Assembly: GCF_009914755.1 (NCBI RefSeq)
Contig: NC_060927.1
Source: the human T2T-CHM13v2.0 reference genome, Homo sapiens
DNA: 64,000 bases
Reading direction: 5' to 3' (one strand)
This document shows, piece by piece, positions 1 to 14,621 of this stretch (the stretch's first letter is position 1; every line of letters begins with the position of its first letter). The position numbers were made by a program, and so were the translations under genes. The notes below the pieces were generated by a model. The model was not told where the DNA came from and did not search any database. It saw only the letters and a program-made list of their open reading frames with translations.

Positions 1-3000
1 TCTTAGAGTTAAGTCTTTGTTCTATTTTCATAGATTTTGGTTTAAGGTGAGAGATGAGAATCCAGTTTCATTCTTCCACATGTGACTTGCCAATTATCCC
101 AGCACCATTTGTTGAATAGGGTGTCCTTTCTCACCTTTATGTGTTTGTTTGCTTTGTTGAAGATCAGTTGGCTGTATTTGGTTTTATTTATGGGTTCTCT
201 ATTCTGTGCCATTGGTTTTCCTTGTTGAGGTCTTTCACATCCTTGGTTAGGTAAATTCCTAAGTGTTTTTGTTTTTGTTTTTGTTTCAGCTATTGGGGTT
301 GAGTTCTTGATTTGATTCTCAGTTTCATTGCTGTTGGTGTATAACAGAGCTACTGATTTGTGTACATTAATTTTGCATCCTGAAACTTTGTTGAACTGAT
401 TTACCAGTTCTAAGGGTTTTTTGGATGAGTCTTTAGGGTTTTCTAGGTATACGATTGTATCATCAGCAAACAGCAACAGTTTGAATTCATTACCGATTTG
501 GATTACCTTTATTTCTTTCTCTTGTCTGATTGCTCTGGCCAGGACTTCCAGTACTATCTTGAATAGAGGTGGTGAAACTGAACATCCTTGTTTTGTTTCA
601 GTTTTCAGGTGGAATGCTTTCAACTTTTCCCCATTCAGTACAATGTTGGCTGTGGGGTTTTCATAGACGGCTTTTATTACCTTAAGGTATGTCCCTTCTA
701 TGCTGATTTTGCTGAGGGTTTTAATCATAAAGAGGTGCTGGATTTTGTCAAACTCTTGTTCTGCATCTATTGACATGATCATGTGATTTTTGTTTCTAAT
801 TCTGTTTATGTGGTGTATCACATTTATTGACTTACATATGTTAAACCATCCCTGTGTCCCGGGTATGAAACCCACTTGATCATGGTGGCTTATCTTTTTG
901 ATACGCTGTTGGAATCATTTTGGTAGTATTTTGTTGAGAATTTTTACATCTATGCTCATCAGGAATATTGATCTGTAGTTTTCTTTTTTTGTTATATCCT
1001 TTTCTGGTTTTGATATTAGGGTTATACTGGCTTCATAAAATTATTTAGAGAGAATTCATTCTTTCTCTATCTTTTGGAATAGTGTCAATAGTATTGGAAT
1101 CAACTCTTTGAATGTCTGATTGAATTCAGCCATGAATCCATCTGGTTTTGGACATTTTTTGGGGGCAGATAATTTTTTAAATTACCATTTTAATCTTTCT
1201 GCTTGTTATTGGTCTGTTCAGAGATCCTCTATCTTTTTGGTTTAATCTAGCAAAGTTGTATATTTCTAAAAATTTATTAATCTCTTCTAGGTTTTCTAGT
1301 GTATGTGCATAAAGGTGTTCATAGTAGCCTTGAATAATCTTTTGTATTTCTGTGGTATCAGTTGTAGTTTTTCCCATTTTGTTTCTAATTGAGCTTATTT
1401 GGATCTTCTCTCTTCTTGGTTAATCTCATTAACGGTCTATTTCAAAGAAGCAGTTTTTTGTTTCCTTTTTCTTTTGTATTTTTTTTTTCATTTCAATTTC
1501 ATTTAGTTCTGCTCTGACATTCATTATTTCTTTTCTTCCGCTGGGTTTGGGTTTGGATTGTTCTTGCTTCTACAGTTCCATGAAGTGTGACCTTAGATTG
1601 TCTATTTGTGCTCTTTCATGCTTTTTGAGGTAGGCATTTAATGCTATGAACTTTTCTCTTAGCACTGCCTTTGTCATATACCAGAAAATTTGATAAGTTG
1701 TGCAATTACTTTGTTCAGTTCAAAGAATTTTTAAATTTCCATCTTGGTTTTATTTTTGACCCAGTGAGCATTCAGGATCAGGTTATTTAATTTCTATGTA
1801 TTTGCACGGTTACAAAGGTACCTTTTGGAGTTGACTTCCAATTTTATTCCACTGTGGTCCAAGAGAGAACTTGATATAATTTCAGTTTTCTTAAATTTGT
1901 TGAAACTTGGTTTGTGGCCTCTCATATGGTCCATCTTGGAGAATGTTCTATGTGCTGATGAATAGAATATATTTTCTGCAGTTGTTGGGTAGAATGTTCT
2001 GTAAATATAATATCTGTTCAGTCTATTAATTGTAGGGTATAGATTAAGGTTTTTTTGTTGACTTTCTGTCTTTCTGTCTAGTTCTGTCAGTGGAGTATTG
2101 AAATTCCCCATCATTTTTGTGTTGCCATGTATCTCATTTCTTAGAAGCAGTCATTGTTTTATAAATTTGGGAACTCCAGGGGTAGGTGCATATATATTTA
2201 AGTTTGTGATATTTTTCTGTTGGACTAGTCCTTTTATCATTATATAATGTCCCTCTTTGTCTTTTTTAGCTACTGTTGCTTTAAAGTTTTTTTTTTTTTT
2301 ATCTGGTATAGGAATAGCTACTCCTCTGCTTTTGGTGTCCATTTGCATGGATTATCTCTTTCAGCCCCTTTACCTTAAGTTTATGTGAGTCCTTATGTGT
2401 CAAGTGAGTCTCTTCAAGACAGTTTGGTTGGTGAATTCTTCTCCATTCTGCCATTCTATATCTTTTATATGAGGGCATTGAGGCCATTTATACTCAGCAT
2501 TAGTATTGAGATATGAGGTACTATTCTATTCATTGTGCCATTTGTTGTCTGAATACCTTGTTTTTTTTTTCATTGTGTTGTCGTTCTATAGGTCCTGTTA
2601 GATTTATGCTGTAAGAACATTCTATTTTGGTGTATTTTGAGGATTTGTTTCAAGATTTAGGGCTCAGTTTGGCAGTTCTTGTAGTGCTGGCTTGGTAGTG
2701 GTGAATTCTCTCAGGATTTGTTTTTCTGAAAAAGACTGTATTTTTTTCTTCATTTATAAAGCTTAGTTTTGCCGGATACAAGATTCTTGGCTGATAATTG
2801 TTTTGTTTAAGGAAGTTAAAGATAGGGCCTCAATCTCTTCTGGGATTGTAGGGTTTCTTCTGAGAAACCTACTGTTAATCTGATAGGTTTTCCTTTATAG
2901 ATTACCTGATGCTTTTGCCTCACAGTTCTTAAGATTCTTTCATTTGTCTTGACTTTAGATAACCAGATAACTATGTGCAGATGTGATGATCTTTTTGTGG

Positions 3001-4286
3001 TGAATTTCCCAGGTGTTCTTTGAACTTCTTGTATTTGAATGTCTAGATCTTTAGCAAGACCAGAGAAGTTTTCATTGATTATTCTCTCAAATATGTAGAT
3101 AAATATAAACTTTTAGGTTTACATTCTTCCTTGGGAACATCAATTTTTCTTAGGTTTGGTCATTTAACATGATTTCAGACTTCTTGGAGGCTTTGTTCAT
3201 TTAAAAAATATTTTTTGTCTTTGTCTTTGTCAAACTGGGTTAATATAAAAGTCTTGTCTTCGAACTCTGAAGTTCTTTCTTCTACTTGTTTAATTGTATT
3301 GCTGAGACTTTCCAGTGCATTTAGCATTTCTCTAAGTGTGTCCTTCATTTCCAGAAGTTGTGATTATTTTTAAATTTATGCCTTCTATTTCACTGAAGAT
3401 TTCTTCATTCATATCCTGTATAAATTTCTTTAAGTTGGACTTCACCTTTTCCTGGTACCTCCTTAACAGGCTTAATAGTTGACTTCATGAATTCTTTTTC
3501 TGACAATTCAGAGTTCTGTTGTGGTTTGGATACATGGTTGGTGAGCTAGTGTGATCTTTTGGGCATGTTAAAAAAATATTATTTTGTCATGTTACCAGAA
3601 TTGTTTTTCTGATTGCTTCTCATTTGGGTAGACTATGTCAGAGAGAAGATCTGGAACTCAAGAACTGCTGTTCAGATTATTTGATCCCACAGGGTGCTCC
3701 TTTGATGTGGTGCTCTCCCTTTTTCTCTTGTCATGGAGCTTCCTGAGAGCCTAACTGCAGTGACTGTTATTTCTTCTCTGAATCTAGCCACCCGGTAGAG
3801 CTACCAGGCTCTGGTCTTGGGGAGTGTCTGCAGAGTCCTGTGATGTGATCTATCTTCATGTCTTTCAGCTGTGGATAACAGCATCTGCACCAATGAAGGT
3901 AGCAGAGGAGTGAAGTGGACTCTGTCAAGGTCCTTGGTTTTATATTTGTTAAGTGTGCTGGTTTTGTGTTGGTTGGCCTCCAGCCAGGAGGTGGCACTTT
4001 CAAGAGCACATTAGCTGCAGTAGTATAGGGATTATCAGGTGTGGATGGGGCCATAGAGCTCCAAAAAGGTTATGTCATTTGTCTTTGGAGTTCCTTGGTT
4101 GTCCTACAGAGGCTGAAGTGGAAATCAACCTCCTTTAAAGAGTTGGTGGATTCTCTCAGCTTTCCTGGTATCTTCCTCTGGTAGTTCTTGGAGCAAAAAT
4201 TCACAATATGTGTCTCCACACATTGCTCTGTCTGTCCAAGTGGGAGCTGCAAGTTAGTCCTCCTTGCTACCTGCCATCTTTCTCCT
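1..4286 (-). mobile_element. LINE-1, L1PB-type (L1PBa-like 5' end): 5'UTR, degraded ORF1 and ORF2 (EN and RT), running off the left edge
   Basis: ORF-track fragments 42-875 (RT: [17 protein letters not shown]), 1177-1377 and 1794-2487 (endonuclease). The reverse complement of ~4200-4285 reads GGAGAAAGATGGCAGGTAG..GGACTAACTTGCAGCTCCCAC, an L1PB-like 5' terminus. A ~345-bp ORF2 deletion lies at ~215 relative to the L1 copy at 35251-35600. Confidence 0.93.
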
Positions 4287-7200
4287 TTTTAACTTTTTGA
4301 TGTGGGTATTCAGCACGAGAACTTGCCTCTTAACAGTACTTTAGCTATGTCTCAGAAATTCTGGTATGTTGTAGCATTGTTTTCATTAGATTTAAATAAC
4401 TTACTGATTTCTGCCCTAATTTTATTGTTTACCTAAAAGTCTTTCTGGAGCAAATTACTTAACTTCCATGTAATTGTATGGTTTTGAGAGTTTTTTTAGT
4501 ATTGATTTCTATTTTTATTGCACTGTGATCAAAGAATATGGTTGGTATGAGTTTGGTTTTCTTGAATTTGTTGAGAATTGTTTGATGGCTGAGCATGTGG
4601 TCAACTTTAGGGTATGTTCCATATGCAGATGAGAAAGAGGTACAATTCTGCTGTTGTTGGGTGGAAATTTCTTAGGTATGTATTAGGTCCATTTGGTCAA
4701 GTGTCAGGTTTAGGTCTTGAATATCTTTGTTAGGTTTCTGCCTTAATGACTTAATAGTGTCAGTGGTGTATCAAATTCTTCCACTATAATTGTGTGGTTA
4801 CCTAATTCTCTTCATAAGTCTCTATGAACTTGTTTTATCAATGTAGGTGCTTCAGTGTTGGGTACATATATATTTAAGATGGTTAAGTCTTCTTGTTGAA
4901 TTGAGCACTTAATAATTAGGTAATGTCATCCTTTGTCTTTTTTGATCATTGTTTGTTTAAAGACTTGTTTGTCTTAAATTACAGTAGCAACTGCTGCTCT
5001 TTTCTGTTTTCTATTTGCTTGGTAGATTTTTCTCCATTCTCTTACTTTGAGCCTATGAGTGTCCTTGAATGTGAGATGGGACTCTTGAAGACAACATACA
5101 GTTGGATCTTGTTTCTTTAACCAACTTGCCATTCTGTATCTTTGAAGTGGAGCATTTAGACTGTTTATGTTGAAGGTTAATTTTGATATGTGCACTCTTG
5201 ATTCTAACATCATATTGTTAGCTGGTTGTTATGCAGACTTGATTGTGAGGCTGCTTTATAGTGTCAATTGTCTGTGTACTTAAATGTGGTTTGTTTAGTT
5301 TTGTTTTGTTTTTGGTGCCAATAATCGTCTTTTGTTTTCATGTTTAGCACTCCTTTAAAGACCTCTTGTAAGGCAGGTATGGTGGTAATAGATTCCCTTA
5401 GCATTTGCTTGTCTGAAAAGGAGTTTATTTCTCCTTCACTTATGAAATTTGGTTTGGCTGGATATGAAGTCCTTTGTTGGAGTTTCTTTTCTTTAAGGAT
5501 GCTGAATATAGGCCCCCAATATCTTCTGGGTTGTGGAGTTTCTACTAAAATTTCTGCTTTTAGCCTAATAGGGTTCCCTTTGTAGGTGACCTGCCCCTTC
5601 TCTGTAGCATGCCAACAACATGATGACATAATCAAGTGCACAAATATCAATATTAATCTTCAATATTTTTACTTTCATGTTGATGAGAATCTAATGACTA
5701 TGTGTCTTGAGGATGGTCTTCTTGTATAGTATCTCACAGGGGTTCTCTGAATTTCCTGAAATTGAATGTTGACCACTCTAGCAAAGTTGGGGAAATTTGC
5801 ATGAACAGTATCCTCAGATATGTTTTCCAAATTACTTGCTCTCTCTCCCTCTTTCAGGAATGCCAATGAGTTGTAGGATTGGTTTTCTTACATGATTCCA
5901 TATTTCTCAGAGGTTTTGTTTATTCTTCTTTGTTCTTTTTTATTTTTGTCTGACTCAGATGATTTGAAGACCTGGTCTTTGAGCTCTGAGATTGTTTCTT
6001 CATCTTGTTCTATTCTGCTGTTAATACTTCTGATTGTATTATGAAATTATTATGGTAAGTTTTTCAGCTGTATCAGATCAGTTTGGTTCTTTCCTAAAAT
6101 GGCTATTTTGTCTTTCAACACTTGTATCATTTTACCATATTCTTTACATTGCTTGGTTTGTATTTCAACTTTCTTTTGAATCTTAATGATCTCCATTGCT
6201 ATCTGGATTCTGAGTTCTATGTCTGTAATTTCAATAATTTCAGCTGGGTGAAGAATCATTGCTGAAGAGCTAGTGAGGTCATTTGGAGGTAAGAAGATTC
6301 CTTGGCTTTTGAGTTACCAAGGTACTTTCACTTGTTCTTTCTCATCTGTGTGAGCTGATTATCATTTAATCTTTGAAGTTGCTGTCCTTTGGATGAGGCT
6401 TTTTGCTTTTGTATTACTTGATCTCCCTGAGGGTTTGACTGTGCTGTAAATTGGGTTCAGTTGACTGGCTTAAATTCTGCATAATTTCAGGGGGCCAAGT
6501 CTCAGCTCAGCACTCCTGGACTGTGTGCTCTTACTCTGGGTAGGGGAGGAGGTACTGGGACCATGTCCACGGCTTTGTTCTCTAGCTCCTTGAGGTTAAG
6601 AACCTACTGGAGGGGCCAAGGTGTCACTAGCCTGCTGGCAACAATCTGATGGATGGTGGTGAAAATAGTGCTTTGTCAGGGCAGTGGCAGTGTGGTCTGT
6701 GCTCCCACACATGAGCCACTGGTGGTGAGATGGCAGCATGGCAGCGTCCATATGCACATGTTCCATGGCAGCAACTGTGTGGTGGTGCCTGTGTGTGTGT
6801 GCATACATGCTAGTGGCATCAGGGCATTCGAGGTGGTGGGTAGTGTGTGCCACTGATGGTGTGGCATGGCAGGGTATGTACACACACATGTGCTGGCAGG
6901 GGCAGGCAAGTTCTATGTGCATCTGCCTTGTTGGCAGTGAGGTTGTGAGGTCTACATACGCATACTAGCAAAGCAGTAGGGGGAGGGGGAAGGTGAGTGC
7001 ATGATAACAAAGAGGTAGAGGGAGGCCATAGGTGGGTGGGTGTGTGTCAGCAGGGGTCCATCTGCTGGACCTCTCTGATAGGCAGGGTTTGCTGGTGAAG
7101 CTCTGGTAGCAGCTGCTTAGGAGGGCCCTGGTTGGGCATGCAAGACTACATGGCAAGTGAGTACAGCAAGGTAGTGACCCTAGGAGAGGCCAGCAGACAG

Positions 7201-7742
7201 GAGGGTACTCTGATCTGACTGGTCCCATCCCACAGACAAGACAGACTTGCTCTGTCTAGGTTCAATAGTCAATCAAAGCCAAAGCCACCTAGAGGAGCAT
7301 GGTGAGACTTGGAGGATGGGTATCCCTGGGCATGCTCCATTACAGCTGTTCCTGTGCCAAGCCCTCTGGGCTCCACACAGGCTGGACTCCCTTCCTTGCA
7401 TCTCTCCAAGTAGCTCTCACTGTCAACTCAAATGTCCATGGCAGTTGTGAGGTCTTAATTGAAGCTAGGATTCCAGAGACCTATCGTGAGAGTAAACCAA
7501 TTCTTACCTATTAGCACACCCCTTTCCCAGCAGCTGCTTGGGGCCAGGAATGAGTCCTGGTGCTTGGCAGCCCTGTGTAGGGCTCTGATCTTTTTCCTCT
7601 TTTAGCCAGGGTCTCTCCCTTCATCCATTCTGAATGCCTTCCCTCCAAAAAGATGCTAGAGTATGCTAGTCTTCTTAGTGGTCTGTTCTCTCAATGGGAG
7701 ATGCTCTTCCTGGCTACATATATTCAGCTATCTTGGCTCTTC
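4287..7742 (-). mobile_element. Older LINE-1 5' portion (5'UTR, ORF1, ORF2 endonuclease; L1PA15-16/L1PREC2-like), interrupted at ~4287 by the L1PB
   Basis: ORF fragments 4974-5213 (EN N-terminus: NINSLNAP..CCLQESHL) and 5264-6259 (ORF1: VTYKGNPIRL, IVIRF). GC-richer UTR at 6300-7740 ends in reverse-complement GAGCCAAGATAGCTGAATA. Confidence 0.85.
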
Positions 7743-7759
7743 TCTGGAACATTGCTCTA

Positions 7760-9120
7760 TTTCTTTATGTAAGTTTGTTTTAACAAAGTTTGGAAATCAA
7801 CTAAATCTGTTTTTTCCAAATCCTGCAGTAAAATTGATGTTCTGAAAAGATGGATCATAGGTGTTCTGCTCTTGTGCATCTTTCCTGCACAGAATTGAGG
7901 CTGTGCCTACTCCAGTTTCAGAAGCGTGTAATAGTATATTACTTAATCTGGAAAATGGACAGCTTCCTATGTAGGCTCTCAAGAAGCCCGAGAACAGCCA
8001 GAAACTTATATACATATCTGTTCTATATATAGATAGACTATATATAGTCTATCTGTTCTTGTGTCTACATCTACTGCAATAATTTTTAATTTTTCATATT
8101 GATAAGGTGACACACTGAACATCTTTTTTGTGAATTTAAAATTATCTTAACTATCAAAAGTTTTTCTTATATAGTATAGAGTTTTTCATCAAAATCTGCA
8201 AAATTAATGCTGGATTTTTTATTAGAATACATGAAATTTATGTTAGTACAAAAATAATATATTAATCATCTGAAATTTTAAATCAGTTGATAGACTAAAT
8301 ATATTATTTATGCACATCTTCTTTGTGCCATACAAAGACACTTTGAAATTGTCTATGTAAGCTTTTATGCATGTGTGGCCATAAATACCTATGTGCATTT
8401 TATTTTTTTGTTATGATTACAAATTTTATCCAATGGTAGCTTCTCATCTATTATATTCCCTAATTGACTATTCTATTATAGGAAAACTATTGCTTGCCCT
8501 TGTTCATCCATTTATCTAGTTATCTTTCTGAACTTCACGTTAATTTTAATACTGTTTCTATGAGTGTTACTTATTTTTTCCTGTGTGATTTTCTTAGCCA
8601 GAACTTTAGTTCAAAGTTGAAGAGTAGCACATATAGTGGATATCTGTTTTAGTCCTTATCTTAAGGAAATGCTTCTAATGTTTAGAATTATATTAAGTGT
8701 ATATTTGCTGCAGGTTTTTCTGAAATAATCTTTATAGGCTAAGAGATTTCTTGCCTCATTCTAATATTTTAAGATGCTTTATTACACATGGTGTAGATAG
8801 TCATAAAACCTCCTGCTGCCTCTATATTTAATTTCTAGATACAACTTTTCTTCATTTGCCAAAATAAGAGAAATTTCATTAATTTAATTTTATAAAGTTA
8901 TACCATCCTTATACTTCTGCAATAAACTCTATTTGACATGATTAATTACATTTTAATACATTGAAAATTTGGTTGGCTAAGACATTTAGAATTTTTACAG
9001 TCTGGCTTGTAAGTAAAATTAATTTTTATTTGTTGAAATGCTATCAAAAACTTTGGTACACTAGTTTCTTAAATGAGCTCTATTCTCTGCAACTGATATC
9101 TGTTCCTAACTTGTTGCATT
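7760..9120 (-). mobile_element. Ancient L1M ORF2 remnant
   Basis: Degenerate similarity to antisense ORF2 RT, e.g. 8595-8720 (gccagaacttt..gttgaagagtag..ggaaatgcttctaatg..tttgctgcaggttt). Confidence 0.6.
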
Positions 9121-9526
9121 AATATTTTTCCTCATGAAGGTGTTAAAGGTTATAAGTACTACTATTTTTGCCTCCTACTACACAATATCATCATGCTTTC
9201 ATCTCCTTAATCTTGATATTTATTTTCTGATATTTGTTATATTTTCCTGAAATTTCTTGCATTTAGTCCAAGGGAGGAAGCCACTAACTTGAATGTAGCT
9301 CTTCATCTAGTGAAGAATATGAAAGAATGCAGCTAATCAAAAATATAATTTGAATCATTAAGTGAAATTGTAACTATTTTTTATTGTAAATACATTTTTA
9401 CTTTACTTAAATATATATGTTATGCTCCATGGAAAAGGTACATTCCATTTAAGATGCTTCAAAATGATTTGGATATAGACTCATATTTTCTAATAATTTT
9501 TTCATATGTTTCAAGGTGTATTTTCA

Positions 9527-9616
<90 letters not shown>

Positions 9617-12040
9617 CTACATTTGTGTAAGATAAATTATTCAAATTGGTAGTTCATATGACCTTGAATATTCAATTCAAACCATACATAAGTCAAACTG
9701 TAATACTTTGTTAATTTCCATACTGTTATTTAGTTCTCATTGGCTTCGTAAGACACAAACTGAGTAACTCATATGGAAAATCTTTAATTAGACGGAGTTC
9801 AGGCACTAAAAGCAATGAGCATTTTGACAAGAGAAATATTAGTTTTTAAAAGATTCTTTGCAAGTCTTTGTAATAAAACCTTTTAATGTATTCTTGATAA
9901 ACTTAAACAATACAATCATAAACATAGTTTTCAAGAGAAAATATATATATATGTATTAATTTATCTTAAAAAAAAATCCCTGGGTTTACTATTGATAGAA
10001 AAGATGACAGGTATTCAAGCTATCCAGATGTGTTAATCAAATCACTGCCTTAAATAATTACATGCAAAAATATAATTATATGCTAAGTAACAAAGTCAAA
10101 GAAAACCTTACCTAAAAAAGTATGTACACTACTAGGAGTCAGATATGCAAAGACTTGCATATGCACTTAGAAGTCAGTTTAAAATAGCCACTGGATTGGG
10201 CAATAAAATATGAAAATGACTGTTTAGATTGAAAATTCACTGTGGCTATTATTATTATTATTTGCAACACAATGAGCTTTAATATACCTTTCACAGACAG
10301 TGGTGAATTTTCCTTGGCTTTAAAAAGACTGAGGACATTTTCACTTATCCGAATTCTTTTTATTTTCAGATGCTCTGCCTTTGAATATTTATTAACTTAT
10401 TATTGATAATTAATTGACAAAAGTAATGAAAAATGAAATATTAGGCATCAGCAGAATAAAAAAAGATTTCTCAAGTATAGTTTTACTCTTTTTGAATGTA
10501 ATTGAGACTGATAAACTGGTAAGTATATGTCTCTAATTTTTTAGCATCCACTGCACTCTAGACCACAAAATATTTATGCAATGAAAATCTGAATTGACAT
10601 TTTGACTTACACCATGTTAAGAATATTTCTATAAATATTTTAACATGAAACCCTAATTAGATCCAAAAGGAAACTCGGTTTTAATGAAATGGGAAATCTA
10701 ATTCTTAATGTAAAAAATTAAAAGGAAAGCTTAGTATTGTATTAAAGGGAAACAACTCTTCTTTAAAAGAATATTCTTTGGAAACTTAAGCCTTATATCA
10801 ATAAGCTTATGATGTGATGTTCATGAATGTGATGCTCATGAATCTATCATATGCTATAAAATTGCTCATAGCAAGGAAACCATAACATGAGGCAAATACA
10901 TGAAAAAATATATTAGAAAAATATTTGAGTGATTTACCTTCTTAGAGTCCTTTTAGGTAAATACATCCATGGAAAAATAGCAATCAGTAATAGCAGTTCC
11001 AATTTTTAAAAATTTGTGGAAACTACTATTAATAATTATATATTACATCCCAGTAGACAAGTTAAATAACCCTCTTAGAGTGCTTTTGGAGATCCCCTTT
11101 GCACTAGCCTGCTTTAAAAATGTATTCATTTAATAATCTTTCTCTGCTGAATGGTTTAAAAAGAACCCATGTGGTTTTTTTCTATCCAAAAAGTTAACTG
11201 AATCAGCTATAAAACTTATGCATAATAATCTTTCAGAAATCCCGTCATCTCTCAAATTAAAAAGAATGATAATGCTACTTGTCAATAATATTGCTATTCT
11301 AAATAATACAGATACTTTTACACATTGTTTACTATATCCAAAAGTAATTGGAAACAAACTCACTCTTGCCAGCACTTCTGTAACTTCTGAAAGTTAGAAG
11401 CAAGTACTCCACTAGATCCAAGTCTCTAAACAGAAGAGCAACAATTTTATTCAAGTGACATAGTCTAAAGTTAGCACAGCTAACGATTATCACACAGCAT
11501 AACTTTATGAGAGATATTTGTAAGCATGATCAGCTTTAAAACAAAACAGGCACTGATGGTAATGCTAACATCTCTGAAACTCACAGTAAAATTGATTTGG
11601 TTTGTACAAATCCTCATTTCACACCACCTGGCAAATTTTTTACGTGTTATGAACTGGGTCAGGAAGACAGGCTGTAACTACTGATATAATTAGATATGTA
11701 GATATAATTTGGAACTACTGCTCCCTGATAGTCTTGCAAAGTAAATATTAATAGAAATAATAAATTCATAAATTGATGTCATTTTGCATCTTTTATAACT
11801 ACTAAGCACATGCTCTGAAAATCACAACCATCTAAATAAATGAACAAATTTTTATATTTCTTTAAGTTTACTATGGGAGGTCCTGATTAACTATTTCTGG
11901 ATGCTTTACAATTTTCTATGTTGACTGTTTTTCTTCATATTGCTTAGTAAAAAAAAGAAATGAATTTCTTATAAAGGAATATGTGTGAATTTCTATTAGA
12001 TTGTAACTGTTGACTGACATAGAATTTACTAAGATAATCA

Positions 12041-12442
12041 TGTGATGGTTAAATTTAATGTCAACTTAGCTGGGCCTTGGTGCCCAGATATGTGGTCCAA
12101 CATTACTCTGGATGTTTCTGTAAGGGTGTTTCTGGATAAGATTAACTTTTAAATCTGTAGACTTTGAGTAAAGCAGTTTGCCTTCCATAATGTGGTTGGA
12201 CCTCATCTGATCAGTCAAAGGCCTAAATGGAACAAAGACGGGCAAGAGGGCCTTCTGCCATCACTGGCCTTTTGAAATGAATTGTAACATCAACTCTTCC
12301 TGGGTCTCTAGCCTGTAGGCCCACCCTGCAAAGTTTAGACTTGCCATCCCTAATCATGCAAGCCAATTCCTTGAAATAAATATCTTTCTATATATACACA
12401 TATCCTATTGGTTCTGTTTCTCTGGAGAACCCTGACTAATAC
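12041..12442 (+). mobile_element. MLT2 (ERVL) solo LTR
   Basis: Starts TGTGATGGTTAAATTTAATGTCAACTT and ends TTGGTTCTGTTTCTCTGGAGAACCCTGACTAATAC, typical MLT2 termini. Confidence 0.88.
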
Positions 12443-14252
12443 CCCTCTGGAAAACCCAGATTAATGTGAGCTGCTTAATGGTCACTCACCATCTTTAGCA
12501 CTGCAAGGCCATTTTGATGCTGGGTGTTCTACAAGCATTAGGCTCTATAAGAAAGAATTTCTAGAACAATTTTCTGGAGCCTTCCTTAAAGACTTGGTGT
12601 AATCTTAAATCAAAGCTGATTTGTTGATCACATTTTTGCTGTGATGATGATTTAAGATACAATTCAATAGTTATGAGTTCATAAAACTAGAGATTTTCTT
12701 TTCTTTTTTTTCGCCTTTTTCGCCTTTTTGGCACTTCTTGCCTTCATCCACTAGTGCCCAGCCACATGACATTCTTTTTAGCTATGTCCTTCCTTTGCCC
12801 AGGAAGCTTGGTAGACAAATTCAAATGCCTCTGGGAATCAGGTAGTCAATGCAAAAGAGTGAAAGTGCTTCATTACATTTGTATTAAACAAAAAATTATG
12901 CCTACTCTATTTTTCTTGGATCACGTGACCCTCTATTTCTATCATTTGTTTTCTCTTTTAGAATAAAGACATAGGTATAGCTAATTTTTTTCTATTTTAA
13001 GAGAGACAATAACATACACATGATGACGAAGGGCAAATTTGGGGGTGGTGGGTGCTATGGGGGGATGGAAATATCATGCTGTTTGAGAACCAGCTAGTTA
13101 ACTGTACTGAAGTGTTAATGTTAAATTTACAAAAAAGTAAATTATATAAAAATTTGCTCTCTCATAAACCATTCACAAGCTTTCATACTTTATATTTTTA
13201 ACAAATGACTTACATCAGACTGCAAGATTAACAGTAATGCATCATGTTGTTACAATACTTTGATTAATACCACTATGTCATGTGGGATTTAAGAACCTTA
13301 ATTATCCATTGGATTTTTCAGCAAATTGAAGCAGATCCAGATTATTTTTCTAAGCCATCTCCTGCAGAGGTGACGTGTTATTTCCTTCTTTTATAGGAGG
13401 TTTCTTGCCTGCCTCTAGCATTTTTTTCATCTACCATGCTGCCTTTAAAACAATTTGAAATCTTCCCTTAACCTACAAATGGTTTCAGAAACATTTAAAA
13501 GGGTTTGTAATCCCAAACTTAATAAAAGTGTGATTCCAATAATAGTTTCTATTAATACATTTCTAAAGACTTTTCAGTATATACAATATTATGTTTTTAA
13601 AAACTATTATGACATATTATTCTAGCAACTTACTTACATAATTTCATATGGGGATTTCATTTTAACATCTCTCTGCACTAAAAGATATCTTAAGAACTAA
13701 GCTTATCCAAATGTTTTATTGGACTGATGATAAATTCAGAGATGTTATTACAGATATTTATAAAGGCTTACTGGAGAATGATCTAAATAGCTTACGAAAG
13801 GGTATTTTTGTCTCCTTCTCCCTCCTTCCCTCCCTTACTCTTTCCACCTCTCTGCTTTCATCTCTTCTGCTGCTCTCCTCTCCTTACTTTTAAATTATTT
13901 TTCCCATAGCAATTCATTTGTTTTTATCATCTGGGCTCTGTGAATCATATATTTCTCCCTTTCACTGGTAGCTGGCAAAGCTCAAAGCCAAATTTGTGTT
14001 CTGCCATATGGAATGTATTTTTAGAAGGAGGCTTTATAGAAATTTTCCTACTCTTCTTTTTAGTTTTCCTTAATTTTATTATTTTTTCATTGCAGAATAT
14101 ATAGATGCATATATATCTTTTTATGATGTTCTTAATTTTGGGGGAAAGGCAACTCAGGCCTACAGAAGACAGAAACATCAATGCATAAACACTAGCAGTA
14201 TAAGAAAATGAGAAGAGGAAGGCCCCATGGGAACAAAAGGATACTTCCCTAT

Positions 14253-14621
14253 TGATATGGTTTAGCTGTATCCCCACCCAAATCTCATCTCGGATTGTAG
14301 TTCCTATAATACTCATGTGTCATGGGAGGGACCAGGTGGAGAAAATTGAATCATGGGGGCAGTCTCTCCCATCCTATTCCATCCTATTTTCATGATAGTG
14401 AGTTAGTTCTCACAAGATCTGATGGTTTTATAAAAGGCTTCCCCATTCGCTGGGCACTGATTCTGTTTCCTGCCACCCTGTGAAGAGGTGCCTTCTGCCC
14501 TAATTGTAAGTTTCCTGAGGCCTCCCCAGCCATGTGGAACTGTGTCAATTAAACCTCTTTTCTTTATAAGTTACCCAGTCTTGGATATGTCCTTACAGCA
14601 GTGTGAGAACAAACTAATACA
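14253..14621 (+). mobile_element. THE1 (ERVL-MaLR) solo LTR with 5-bp TSD CCTAT
   Basis: TGATATGGTTT...ACTAATACA termini; CCTAT at 14248-14252 and 14622-14626. Confidence 0.95.

Noticed and set aside
42-875. 277-aa ORF, the longest in the window
   Set aside because: L1 ORF2 RT fragment with a frameshift and deletion; not a host gene.
6596-7514. Cluster of Cys/His-rich overlapping ORFs in GC-richer DNA
   Set aside because: Lies in the degenerate tandem-repeat 5'UTR of an old L1; low-complexity translation with no zinc-finger spacing.
10143-10167. ATATGCAA-AGAC-TTGCATAT hairpin with POU-like motifs
   Set aside because: An 8-bp stem is expected by chance in AT-rich DNA, and there is no supporting context.
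10813-10843. 15-bp imperfect tandem duplication TGTGATG(T/C)TCATGAA
   Set aside because: A common small slippage event with no further structure.
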